From Felis catus (Eukaryota): 64,000 nt of DNA. Below, piece after piece: positions 25,034 through 37,592 of this stretch. Made by a program: the position numbers and the translations under genes. The stretch lies in contig NC_058368.1 of NCBI RefSeq assembly GCF_018350175.1, forward strand, positions 36,520,001-36,584,000, written 5' to 3'. Each line of letters begins with the position of its first letter. Within the stretch, counting starts at the first letter, position 1. The notes under the pieces are model-generated. The model saw only the letters and a program-made list of their open reading frames with translations. It ran no database searches and was not told the origin of the DNA.

Positions 25034-26272
25034 CTACATATATGTCAATGTCTAAGCAAAAAATACTGAGAGTAGTAAAATAAAGAGAATGGTGAACGTT
25101 ATAATAACAATAATCTGCCTATGGCTTAATTTAAATGTCCTTATTTTAATGGCATTAACAAAGCAGAAGAAAAAGTTCATCCTGAATTAGCAGCTTATCT
25201 GTACTTGTTAAGGGTTTTGGACTTGTTTTAACTTGGAATTTTTTATAACTGAAAATTGGATGAAATTTTAGTCTCTTGTCTCTAATTATATTCTTTAGGA
25301 CTAAATTTATATCAAAATTATTCCTCTGTAGGCAAAATACTGGTAAATATGAAGCGGAAATTTGTTAACTTGGGACATGCTTACTTGAGAAATGAAGTGT
25401 AAATGTCAATCATTTCGCATTTTCTTTGCAGAAAATATAAATTAAATTAATGTGCACAGAAAGATTTTACTTAAAAGACTATGTAACAAAAAAGTAGCCT
25501 TTTTTTTTTTCCATTGGTAGGTATGATACTGCTTGAAGGTATAATATTTTATAATGTGGAAAATAACACTTTATGGTAAAGTTATTTTTCAGGCATGTAA
25601 GCAGATTTTACCATCATTTCCCAATTATTTCATAAGTATTTTATTGTATAAAATTTTCAATAGCAGTTAGTCCATCAATTTTATTTTTGTGTTTGAAATG
25701 TGGCCAGGCATTAGATTTAAATATACTTTAAAAGGCAATGCAAAAATAAGTCAGGTATAGTCTACACTTCTTGAACTTTATATGGTTTAAATTTTGGAAT
25801 TTTGTATTCTTCATTAATGCCAGAAGAGGGTGTACTTTAAACTTGATGTTTTTAAACAGTAAACATTCCTTCCAACTGGTGCTGTAAAGTCGATATCCCT
25901 TAAAAAATTACCAAGTGCTTTAATTTCAGATTGTCCCTTAATGTATATGGGAGGAGATGGGGGGAGGTGTATGTGAATAATTTAGAGCACATAACACTAA
26001 AAACACCTATTAACACTAAACACCTTTAATCCAGAAACACAACTTTGTTTTCCTAAAGTTTTCTCATTACTTTCCAAAAATGAATTCAGAATTAGTGAAT
26101 TCAGGAGACCCTTCTGAAGGGTCTCCCCCAAACTCTGATGTATGTAATATAATTTCACTTTTGACCTTATTTAATTGAAATTATTATAAATGATAAAGGA
26201 AAAGAGAAACACAATAAATGAAAAACAAAGCCATGGCTAGAAAGTGATATTTATTCCTTTGTGTTTTGACAG

Positions 26273-26433
26273 CTTGAAGGTCCATGTGTTTTGCAAATTC
26301 AAAAAATTCGCAATGTTTCTGCACCAAAGGACAACGAGGAATCTCAGGCTGCACCAAGAATGCTGCGTTTGCAGATGACTGATGGTCATATAAGTTGCAC
26401 CGCTGTTGAATTTAGTTTTATGTCCAAAATAAG
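26273..26433 (+). CDS. TDRD3: TDRD3 exon 4 (161 nt): [53 protein letters not shown](S); OB fold; the ATG at 26360 corresponds to the start of the shorter isoform
   Basis: Acceptor ttgacAG and donor GTgaaa. Contains the RMI1-like [10 protein letters not shown] motif. Confidence 0.97.
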
Positions 26434-26909
26434 GTGAAACTTTATTTTGTATATTTCTCACAGTGTTTGAAGGTGCTATTCAAAATGGATTTTGTTTTAC
26501 ACATTTTGGAAAGAAGAAATGAACTCTTAAGTTCATGTTACAATTTTTCAGAAGATATTAATGAGTGTTTGTATTTCTGCTTTATCTGTATAGGAAAATA
26601 GGAATGGATTTACTTCCTCCTTCCTTAAATGTTAATTATAAAAACAAATTAAGTTGTTTTTGTATGGAGAGTTTTTTTCAGTAAATTTTAGGTCATTCAA
26701 AAATCTCTAAGAATGAACAGAATTTCTTTGAATGTATTACTGCGTCTTCTTTGACAGCTGTGTCCATCACCCTAGAAAAGCTTTATAGATGAATGAACTT
26801 TCTTAGGAAATGATTGAAGCTAGAGAGATGTGCCACTCCACTATCTGAAGGAGAAGGAACTTCATAAGAAACAATTTTCCAAATCCCTCTTTTGGCTATT
26901 TTTATGAGA

Positions 26910-28150
26910 AGTTTTTATTTTTATTTGAATAAAGTTGATGTATAACATTGTGTAAGTTTAATTGTACAGCATGTTACTTTGATACACTTATGTATTATGG
27001 TTGATAACATAACAGAATTTATTACAATACATAATTATAGTATAATACTATTGTCTGTGTTCATTATACTGTGTATCAGATTTCTGTGGCTTATATACTA
27101 CTCATTACAAGTTTGTGCCCTTAAATACCATTAATCTTATCCCTCTCTGCCATTCCCTGGTGGCCACTATTTTATTCTCTTCTTACAGGTATAACTTATT
27201 TGGGTTCTACATGTAAACGATACACAGTCTTTCTCTGTCTGAATTATCTTGCTTAGCATAATACGTCCAAGGTCCATTCATGTTGTTGCAAATAGCAGAA
27301 TATTCTCCTTTCTCATGCTGAATAATATTCCATTGTGTATATGTACCACATCTTTATTATCCATTCATTTTAGTTGTTTCCAGATTGTGGATAATGTTGC
27401 AATAGACATGGGAGTACATATTTGTAGTCGAAATCCTGTTTTCATTCCCTTCGGGTGTATACCCAAAGGTGGGATGGCTGGATTGTATGGTAGATCTAAT
27501 TTAATTTTTGAGGAATCTCCATATTGTTTTCCATAGTGGTTGGACCAATTTACATTTCTACCAACAATGTATAAAAGTTCGCTTTTCACCACATCCTCAC
27601 TAACATCTGTTATCTTTTGTGTTCTTGATGATAACCATTCTAAGAGGTGTGAGGTGATACCTCTTTGTGGTTTTGATTGGCATTTCCCTGATAAATAGTA
27701 ATGTTGAGCATGTTTTACATGACTGTTGGTCATTTTGATGTCCTCTTTGGAAAAGTGTCTGTTCTTCTCATTTTTTAACCAGATTGTTTTTTATTATGTT
27801 GACAGAATTCTTCATATATTTTGGATATTAACCCCTCATCCAATATATAGTTTGCAAAAATTATCTCCGATTCTGTATGTTGTCTTTTCATTTTGTTGTT
27901 TTTTTGCTGTGTAGAAGCTTTTGAGTTATCAAACCCATTTGTTGATTTTTGCTTTTGTTTTTGTGCTTTGGATGTCCTCTCCAAAAAAATCATTGCCAAG
28001 ACCATTACTGATAAGCTTCTTCCCTGCGTTTTCTTGTAGGAGCTTTATGGTAGCAGGTTTCATGTTTAAGTCTTTGGTGCATTTTGAGTTAATTTTTGTG
28101 AGGGTTGTGAGTTGGGAGTCCAGTTTCACTGTTCTGCTCATGTTTCTATG
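26910..28150 (-). mobile_element. 5'-truncated L1 (ORF2 C-terminus and 3' UTR), carnivore/L1MA-type
   Basis: Minus-strand ORF pieces LPYNPAIPPLGIHPK, CTPMSIATLSTI and KINSKCTKDLNMKPATIKLLQEN. Confidence 0.92.
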
Positions 28151-28379
28151 AAAGGCTTTTAGAGTCATATTTGTTGGAATGGATAAAAGCACTGAGAAGG
28201 ACTTTATCTTCAGTGTCCCCATTAGTTCACTTTGAGCAATTTTATGAGGTGGCAGTTTTCATTGGGCATTTACTAAGTCATTTTATATGCTCATGTTTGC
28301 TGTTCTGGGTCTTGTGAGCTTTTTCACTTAATGTAAACTCCTAGACTATACTCCTCTCCTAAATGAGTGGAGGTACAAA

Positions 28380-28417
<38 letters not shown>

Positions 28418-29964
28418 AGATTTTGCCTCCAGTAGCTCCTCTGCTAAAGAGGTAGGCACGTAGGCAGGCAAGTTATAATAAGTATATATCAACTGAAAGG
28501 TAGGAGTCTAGAAATTTAACTCTACTTGGGGGAGCCAGAAGTGAGACTTAAAATATGAATAGGTGTTTTGAGAGAGGTGAGAGGGGGAATAGCACATGTA
28601 GAGACATGGTGTCCTGAAAACAAATGAGTGAAAAGTTCCATTTGGAAGAGCTTACATGATTTGAGATGGTAGTATGTAGGCAGAAATGTGATAGGTGGAG
28701 GCCTTCTATGCCATGCTCATTAATTTCTCTTCTTTTCCCCCCCCTTCAATCTGTATCTGCCTCTGGTAAAGGAAGTTCCTTCCTTAGAAGATATATGTTT
28801 GTCTGAAATATTGATTTTCATATATAAATTGGGTTTTATTGATTTTGTGATTATGTTGTCATTTTGAAGAGTAGGAGGGTTCCTGTTTCTCTGGAGAAAG
28901 ACAGCCTCTCTTCTTTTGACAAATTCAGTCAGACTCCCTACAAGGGAGTTCACAGATGACTCAGGAAGACTTGCCATGTAATGGCTCCTTCTCTGATTTT
29001 ATTGCTGTGTATTTCTCTGAGGTAAATGAAAACACAAGATTATCCAGAGAGAAGGGTCCCTTATGTTGCCCTCTGTCTTTTGTTGCATTTATCGCAGTTT
29101 GACAATTGAAAATAAATACTACCACTTGCTCATTGACCCATCACTGAAGTAGTATGTCTACTTTTGTGGCTGTAAAAGCAATAGTCTTCAGAACTGTTCT
29201 TACGTGTGAACATTTGAAGACATTTTTCAAAGTAAGTGTGGTTAGTGGTTATCTCAAAAAAAGGAGAATAACTCACTAGAGAAGGTACACTGGGATCTGG
29301 TACCGACTGGGTTCCTCCAGTGGACATTGCATTTCTCTGGGGTGCTTTTTTTTTGCTTTTTTTTTCTTTTTCCAATTTTTTTATCCTACCTCCTGAATGG
29401 CTTGAACTTTTAAACACCTGCTTCTCACTGTTTTTGTTTTTTATCTTGTTTTGCTTTTTTAAAAATTGCATTGAAAAGAGAGTAAAAGCACTTTGGGGCG
29501 CCAATAAAAATAGTAATTAAACCAAAATGTACTCTCTGAATAAGAGTTACTTAGGGCCTTAAAGGTGATGTAGTAAAAATTATATTAAAATTTTAGCACC
29601 TATTTATCCCTTTTGGGACTAGAGCTATCATTTAATGTGGTGAATGGGACTTTTTATCATTTATCCTAATGAAATTGTAAGTCCATCTTCAAATAATTTG
29701 ACAGTTTTTCCCTCTTAACCTATTAAGGAAAGTTTAAGAAAGGTACATTTTATACAAAAAGTAGTTTATCATTGTTTTAAAATTAGCTTTTAGTTTTAAA
29801 TTATTGTACCACAACTTAAATGTCCCTGTAATTTGCATCCGGTTGTTTTTTAAGTTCTTACGTAGTTTTTTTTCTACTAATTTATGTTTCTACATTTTCA
29901 TTACATTTTCTAATTTTACCAATTTGTAACAAATTATCGGCTAAAATTGGTTTTGAAAATAAGT

Positions 29965-30195
29965 GTTTTTTGTTTTTTTTTAATGTTTATTTTTGAGAGA
30001 GACAAAGAGACAGAGCATGAGCAGGGAAGGTGCAGAGAAAGAGAGGGAGACACAGAATCCAAAGCAGGCTCCAGGCCCTGAGCACAGAGCCCGGTGAACT
30101 GTGAGATCATGACCTGAGCACAGAGCCCGGTGAACTGTGAGATCATGACCTGAGCCAAAGTCGGACGCTTAACCGACTGAGCCACCCAGGCACCC
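29965..30195 (-). mobile_element. Can-SINE with internal deletion and a 36-bp tandem duplication
   Basis: The unit tgagcacagagcccggtgaactgtgagatcatgacc occurs twice (30079-30150). Approximate TSD tgaaaataagt. Confidence 0.9.
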
Positions 30196-30913
30196 TGAAA
30201 AATAAGTTTTATGTAAATGATATAATTCAGTAATTATAGTAGTTTCTTTAAAGAGTACAGCACCCTGTACTTAGAACTTTGTTTTTAATCCCTAAATGAT
30301 GATACAGAATTATGAAAATCTGGATCTGTCGTTCACCTGAAGTTGGGAAAAACGTCTTCACTTAGTGTCACTGTATTCAGTTGTGCTGATAAATATTGTC
30401 TTTAGTTTACTATACTTACTACCACAGAAGTCTCTACTTAAGGGTTAGGTTAGGCAAGGCTATTCATGACTCTTTGTTCTGTAAGTTACGTGGGATGACA
30501 GAGTGACAGAGCTTGGGATCCTCAGAATATTTTCTATCAGATAATATCTTACTCTGTATAGGATCTTTGAGGCTTTGAAAACAGACATATTGTATTCCTT
30601 CTTGTTAATAGCTGTTCTAACAACCATCTTTCTTCAAAACAGACCAATGATATCAACACTTTCACTGATTTTGCTGTTGCATCTCTCAGCACATGGTGAA
30701 TATCCTGAACTTTAAAAAATGTGAACAATGTTAAGCCATTTCAGTATGGTTTTCTGATTCATCCTAAGTGCTTGAGACTATGTAGCCAGTCTCCTGAAAA
30801 AAAGTTTCTCTATGAGTGTGTTTTGAAGAACTTGACCAGGTTCAGGACTGAATTCCAGTTTGGGGAAGGAGCGCCAATGTATTTTAACTCTTTTTCTTTT
30901 TTCCTTGATTTAG

Positions 30914-31055
30914 CCTGAACACACCACCTGGAACTAAAGTGAAGCTCTCAGGCATCGTGGATATAAAAAATGGATTCCTGCTCTTGAATGACTCAAACAC
31001 TACAGTTCTTGGTGGTGAAGTAGAACACCTTATTGAGAAGTGGGAGTTACAGAGA
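30914..31055 (+). CDS. TDRD3: TDRD3 exon 5 (142 nt): [49 protein letters not shown] fold
   Basis: Polypyrimidine tract with ttTAG acceptor and donor GTaagt. Contains the PPGTK and LGGEV OB-fold motifs. Confidence 0.97.
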
Positions 31056-31282
31056 GTAAGTGTAAACTAAGAAAAATGGCTAGAACTTTAAAAAACTCTA
31101 CTCTTTTTAATGTATTCTGGGTTTTAAGATCTTCCCACAGTAAAAAGTAAAATTAGTCTTTTGTGTCAGAGTTGAATAGAACGGAAAACAGTGATCTTTA
31201 CAGAAAACTACCTTTGATTAGCATAGTTTGTCTTCAGAAGATGTCATTTTTCAGTATTTGCTACATTTTATTACATATTTTT

Positions 31283-31497
31283 AAATTTTTTTTTTCAACG
31301 TTTATTTATTTTTGGGACAGAGAGAGACAAAGCATGAACGGGGGAGGGGCAGAGAGAGAGGGAGACACAGAATTGGAAACAGGCTCCAGGCTCTGAGCCA
31401 TCAGCCCAGAGCCCGACGCGGGGCTCGAACTCACGGACCGCGAGATCGTGACCTGGCTGAAGTCGGACGCTTAACCGACTGCGCCACCCAGGCGCCT
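31283..31497 (-). mobile_element. Young SINEC_Fc-type SINE
   Basis: CpGs intact. TSD attacatatttttaaa on both sides. Confidence 0.93.
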
Positions 31498-33978
31498 CAT
31501 TACATATTTTTAAAAGTAATTCTTTACTGACAAGTTTTCAAAATTCCCAAGATACCTGTTATAAATTATGTGTAATGTATTTGTGTGTAATTCTGCAAAA
31601 ACCAAATATTTGTGAGTATATGTGAATATAACGTATGTCTATTTGTCTCAGCTACAAACACACGTATGTACAACTGAAAGCAAGTTGTTTGTATAGAGTG
31701 TCGCAATAACGGAGAGATTCTTACTGTATTTGTTTTCCTAGGCACATTAGTTGGTGTTTTTCCCATTTATGTTAATGATATCTTCATCCTTCTAGTCATA
31801 GGTTATCTAAGGGTTGTGTCTCTAGTTTGCTTCCAGCAACCAATTCTGTTGATCCACTGCTGTCAGATCTCCTATCCTTCCCTTTGCTCTCCAGTTCCAT
31901 CGCTTTTGCAATAGTTTGTCTTTTTATTTTCAATTCATTTCTTAATTTTTAGAAAATTCACAACTTGATTATTTTAGTTTACGTCTTTTGCATCTCACAC
32001 CTGGACTACTGCAGTAGCCTTTTCAATGGTATCTCCACATATCCTTCCTCCATCTTCTAATTTATTTTATTTACTTCTGCAAGACTATTTTCCTTCAGTA
32101 TCACTCAGAACATGTCATACCCTGCTTTTATTTCAAATGTGTTAATTTGGCATTAAAGGCTATTTATAGTCTAGCCCTAGTTCCAGTTTACTTTTTTAAC
32201 TTCCTATATTATTTTACATGGATTTTGTTCTAACCAAATGGAACCACTTACTCTTTCTTTGCTTCTCTGTGCTTTCCTTAGTTATACTTTCAGGGGTAAA
32301 ATTTTTTTCCACATTTATATCATTCATCTTGTTCTCTTTTTCCTGATCCCTGAATGGCCAAACTGTCCCATGCTTTTAGACCCAGATCAAATGCTTGCTT
32401 CTTTGCCAAGTGAAGTAGTTGGTCCTTTATTGAATTCTTGGAACATTTTATTTGTGTTAAGTATATTACTTTTTACCTAGCACTAGAATTATGTTTACTT
32501 ATCTCCTTTAATAGATTATAAGCTCCTTGAGGTCAGAATTGTTTGTGCCTTTGTTTAATTCCATGAATATTTGTTGAACAGTCTGTAGATACTGTGCTGG
32601 ACCCTTGCATCAGGAAACCATGTAATCCTCCTAACAGTCTTATAAGGGAGTATTATGTCCATATAGATCAGGAAATGCACTTAAAGAACTGTTAAATAAT
32701 TTATTTTATGATTACAGATCTAATAGGTGACAGATCTGAGCCTCCTCTAACACAGAAGCTCAGGATGTGTACATGCAAAAACATTATAACAAATGATTGT
32801 GGAATGAATGAATTATACAAAGCACATAAATCTAATTACTCTTTGATCTAAAATTGATGTTCTTGTGCTGCCCCAAATCTTGCCTGTTACCTGGAATGAG
32901 CCAAGGAACCTAGTAACATTTGAAGATTTTCCTATTTTATGATACATTATTCTTTTCTATTTTCTTGCTTTGAAAGTGCCTCTGTTTGGGAGGTAAATAA
33001 AGAAATTTAGGCACATATTTTATTCCTTAGTACTAATTACTTACGATACTAATGTGCTACCTTTAGGTCTGCTGTACTATGCAGTATAAGATAATGTTCC
33101 CTACCTGCATTGTTTAATTAAAATGTTACAAAAGCAGAAGTGGCTTGATAGTTTTACATAAATAGCCAAGATTATGAACCTTGAATTTCCCAGAGAAATC
33201 CCACCCATTTCATGTAACTCTTTCCTTTCACAAGTTGATAAATTATATTTTTATTATTAGACATTTTTTAGAGTGTGGTAAGATGCCATTAAGTCAGACC
33301 AACATCTTACATTATTTTCCTAATGCCAGCCAAAACTACTTCACTAACTGTAAAATCAATTAAACATTCCTAGAAACTTCCTCACTCCTAAAACACACCC
33401 CCCCCCACACACAAAGATTATTAGTAGTTTGATAGTTATCTTTGTAATATTTTATTATATTAGGTTTACACTTTGTTTCCTGAAAACTGTGTTAATATTT
33501 CTTTTTAGGGGGCAATACAAATTTATATTAAAAAGTGTTTAAAACATCTTGCAATGATTATAGTTCTCTTGATTTATAGTTGTTGCTGCTGTTTTAATTT
33601 GGTAACCATAGCCATGTAGAAACCATGGAGAGTTTAATTACTGAAGCATCTGGCAGGTGGTACACATAGAAATCAGATGTACGCATAGAAACCATAGACC
33701 ATAAAGTTAATTTTCAAAAAGGGCCCTAACCATTTTGTAAAATAAATGGGTTAAGGGGACATGGGCAGTATTTAAACTATGTGCATGTTTTGTAGCTATA
33801 ACAAATTGTAATAGGTGAAGAGAAGAAGAAAAACTCAAACCTCAAAATGTTTTGTACATTTGGCAAAGACCAGTTCTAGAGAGTTCTGTGCCAGATGTAA
33901 TTTGCAAAGTAATGTAGTTTCTGTAACATTTTAGTGCCCCCCAGCCTGTTGCCATGACAGATCTGGGTTTGTTTGTTT

Positions 33979-33982
<4 letters not shown>

Positions 33983-34028
<46 letters not shown>
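33983..34028. repeat. (TG)n microsatellite at an L1 tail
   Basis: Visible run. Confidence 0.95.
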
Positions 34029-34029
<1 letters not shown>

Positions 34030-34031
<2 letters not shown>

Positions 34032-35755
34032 AGTAATGTATACATAACATAAAATTTACCATTTTTACCATTTTAAATGTAAAATTCAGTGGCATTAAGT
34101 ACCTTTATATTGTTAAACAACCATTACATCATCCATCTCTAGGATTTTTATCTTCCCAAACTTAAACTCTGTACCCATAAAACAACTTCCCATCCTCCTA
34201 TACCCACCTCCAGTCTCTGGTAATCGCCATTCTACTTTCTGTCTCTATGAATTCAACTATTCTAGGTACGTCATATAAGTGAAATCCTGTGATATTTGTC
34301 CTTTAGTGTCTGGTGTATTTTACTTAGCATAATGTCTTCAGGGTTCATCCATGTTGTAGCATGTGTCAGAATTGCTGGACTTTTTTAGGCTGAGTACTAT
34401 TCCATTGTATATTCCATATACACGCACACACGCACATACAGCATTTCAGTGTTTTCTAATTCATCCATTGATGGACATTAGGGTTGTTCCTACCTTTTGG
34501 CTAATTGTGAACAGTTCTGTTATGAACAAGGTTGGACAAATATCTGTTCAGGTTTCTGCTTTCAGCTCTTTTGTACATACAACCAGAGTAGAATTGCTGA
34601 GTCATATGGCAGGTAATTCTATGTTTAATTTTTTGAGTAACTGCTATATTGTTTTCTACAGTAATTGCACCATTTTATATTCCCGCCAGCAATGCACAAG
34701 GGATCTAATTTCTCCACATCCTCGCCAATCCTTGGCATTTCATTTTTTATAATAACCATTCTAATAGGTGTGAAGTGGAATCTCATTGTGGCTTTGATTT
34801 GCATTTCCCTATGCTTAGTGATATTTAGTGCCTTCCATAAGCCACTTGTATGTCTTCTTTGGAGAAATGTTTATGTCCTTTGTCCATTTTTTAACTGGTT
34901 TGTTTAGCTTTTGTCCTATTCTTGATATTTTCTGGGTATCAGTTCTTTGAGATGTATGAAATACAAATATTTTTTCACATTCCGTGGGTTGTCCTTTTAC
35001 TCTATTGATAGTATCCTTTGATGCACAAAAGGTTTTAATTTTGATGAAGTTTGATTTCATGTTTTTTTTCTTTTGTTGCTTGTGCTTTTGATGTCATATC
35101 CAAGAAATCATTACCAAATCCAGTGTCCTGAAACTTTGCTTCTGTCTTTTTTTCTAAGAGTTTTATGGGTTTAAATTTAGGTATTTGATCCATTTTAAAT
35201 TAATGTTTGTATATGATACAAGTTAAGGGTCCAACTTCATTGTTTTACCTATGGATATCCAGTTTTCCCAGCACCATTTCTCTCTTTCCCCAATGAACGG
35301 TCTTGTCCACACTCTTCAAAAATGATTTGACCACATATGCAAGCAAGGGTTTATTTCTGGGTTCTTTATTCTTTTTGTTCCCTATGTCTGTCTTCATGCC
35401 AGTACCACTCTGTTTCGATTATAATAAGTTGTAGTAGGTTGTATAACTGAGAAGCATGAGGACTTTTCAGGATAGTTATGGTATTCAGGGTCCCTTGAGA
35501 TTCCATATGAATTGTAGGATGAATTTTTCTGTATCTGCAAAAAATTTCTTGTGATTTTGATAGGAATTGTATTGAATCTTAATAATATTGATATCTTAAT
35601 AATATTAATTCTTTCAATCCTTGACCATGGGATATCTTTGCATTTATTGATATCATCTTTAATTTCTTTTAGCAGTCTTTTATAGTTTTCAGTGTACAAG
35701 TCTCTTAAGTTTATCTCCCAAGTGTTTTATTCTTTTTGATGCTATTGTAAAGGGA
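34030..35755 (-). mobile_element. L1MB-type LINE, 3' portion with internal deletions
   Basis: L1 3' UTR (tacataacataaaatttacc...cagtggcattaagtac) and ORF2 pieces IKIKTFCASKDTINRVKGQPTECEKIF and YTENYKRLLKEIKDDINKCKDIPWSRIERINIIKISIL. Confidence 0.9.
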
Positions 35756-36409
35756 AGCTTACAATCTACAGTGGTTTTTTGCTCAGTCTAGTTCTCAGCA
35801 ATGACTTTAGGGAATTCATATGCTGGTTTCTGGAGCCTCTTTTCTCCACATGTCCCTCTTTTACAAAACTCTGCCCCAGCATCAGCCTGCCTGAAGTTGA
35901 TTCTCTCAGGTTGGCTCTCTGCGCTGACTGAATCATGCCTCTGAGCAGACATGCATAGCTCATCTGGTTTGATTTTGTTTATTTCTCTTTCTTTCAGGGA
36001 CTATAGTCCTGCACTACTTACTGTCCTATGTCTTAAAACAGTTTTTTCTTACAAGTTGTCCAGATTCCTGCTTGTTTGTAGAGGGAGGTGAAGTCTGACT
36101 TCTGTACATTCATGAGGATGAGAAGTATCAACCCTGTAATATGTTTTAAATTATATAATCTGTATTGACAGATGGCATTATTAGCAGTTTGTGTGAGTTT
36201 TTAAAGGAAGTTACAGTATAAATTGAAATGATTGATGCTTGAATATCTTGATTATTCAAGATAGGTCTTTCCTATCTGAGGAAAGACCCCTAAATAATTG
36301 AATACGCTGCTGGTTTTTAAAAAGTAGGTTAACATCTTATGTACAGCTTGTAAAGAAATATGACAGTCCTATAAAGTTTATATTATTCTTTGCTTAATCA
36401 GCTGAATAG

Positions 36410-37090
36410 TCTTGTACAGACCCTGCCTCTCAAGGACTCAGTCTCACAAGACTACTTCCTTGTGCCAGTTGCAAATAGCGGGTCCCTGGGTTACCCACAT
36501 GTCAGTACGTTGTGGGTACAAATTGGTGGTTCCTGTGACCTCCTGCTTGGGTTTGATAATTTGCTATAATGGCTCACAAAAATCAGGGAAACACTTTCCT
36601 TACTATTAACAGGTTTACTATAAATTTAGGATATTGTAAAAGACGCAAATGAACACCCAAATGAAGCTACAAGATCTAGAAGAGTCCTGAACACAGGAGC
36701 CTCCGTCCCTGTGGAATTTGGTGTGTTCTACCCTTCCAGCACATGGATGTGTTCATCAAAGTGGAAGCTCTCAGAACCCTGTTGTATAGGGGGTTTCATG
36801 GAGGCTCATTATATAGGCATGATTGACTAAACCACTGAACATTGGCGACCAACTCATTCTCCAACCTTCCAATCATATTATTGGTGCCTCTTGCAGCCAG
36901 CCCCCATCCTGGAGCCATTCAGGGGCCCATCAGTAGTCACCTCATTAGCATAAACTCAGGTGTCCTCAAAGAAGCTTATTATGAATAACAGAAGATGTTC
37001 CTCTGACCCCAATCACTCAGGAAATTCCATAAGTTTTAGGAGCTCTGTTCCAAGAACTGGGGAAGAAGCCCAAATATATATATTTTTATT
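36410..37090 (-). mobile_element. MER21-group ERVL LTR
   Basis: ggtttgataatttgctataatggctcaca...ggaagctctcagaaccctg...ccagcccccatcctg...gttttaggagctctgt. Confidence 0.7.
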
Positions 37091-37520
37091 ACATTGCAGT
37101 ATCTCAACTATTTGCTAGTAGATTTTATGTATAAAAATTTATTTTGAAGATAATTTTCAGGTAATATTTGTTGGATTATAGTTTTAGTGCGCTTTTAAAA
37201 TTTTTGTTACCATTGTTTCTTGTCTTGAATTAACTCCTTGTTGAAGAGGGTATTTTTTTACTGTGTTTTCTTTTTATGGGAGCAGGTTGGTAAGTACTTC
37301 TGAAAATTCTATGTGAATGTGTAGTTTAGTATGGGAGATGAGGAGAGAACCTTTGCCTAATTATTGCCTAATTACACAAAATGTTTTTATGTAGTTTAAA
37401 ATTATTTATACAAGGCTTTTTTTTTTTTTCCTATTCTATATAAGAATCTACTAACATAAGTGGATTCCTGGTACATTTTAAATGGTATAATTTCTGTCTT
37501 ATGACTCACTTTTCTCACAG

Positions 37521-37592
37521 AGCTTGTCAAAACACAATAGAAGTAATATTGGAACTGAAGGTGGACCACCTCCTTTTGTGCCTTTTGGACAG
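37521..37592 (+). CDS. TDRD3: TDRD3 exon 6 (72 nt): [24 protein letters not shown]
   Basis: Acceptor ctcacAG and donor GTaatg. In frame. Confidence 0.96.

Larger units (their letters stand above)
21200..25400 (+). pseudogene. Candidate endogenous viral element: degraded Mononegavirales-like L (RNA-dependent RNA polymerase) gene fragment, interrupted by later transposon insertions
   Basis: Colinear degraded motifs on the + strand: WNCLYSVNF...LFLKE..KKKW (21747-21868), RLIN..ID..LMESFKSG (22011-22082), KEKGMKPG*IFG (22145), LD-TSWTQILR (22436), TGA+25 codons to GDS (22693/22768), FGG..RG (24470-24513), PYFNGI..ELAAYL (25139-25201), LDEIL..NLYQNYSSV (25256-25330). Compared by eye with recalled L sequences; not searched. 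Confidence 0.6.

Noticed and set aside
21200..25400. Functional link between the viral-like insertion and reported TDRD3/TOP3B roles in RNA-virus biology
   Set aside because: Nothing in the sequence supports it. The element is riddled with stops and cannot encode an L protein, and its intronic location is probably chance.
27249..28222. Cluster of overlapping ORFs (also 34363-35699)
   Set aside because: Fully explained by degraded L1 ORF2 and its antisense frames.
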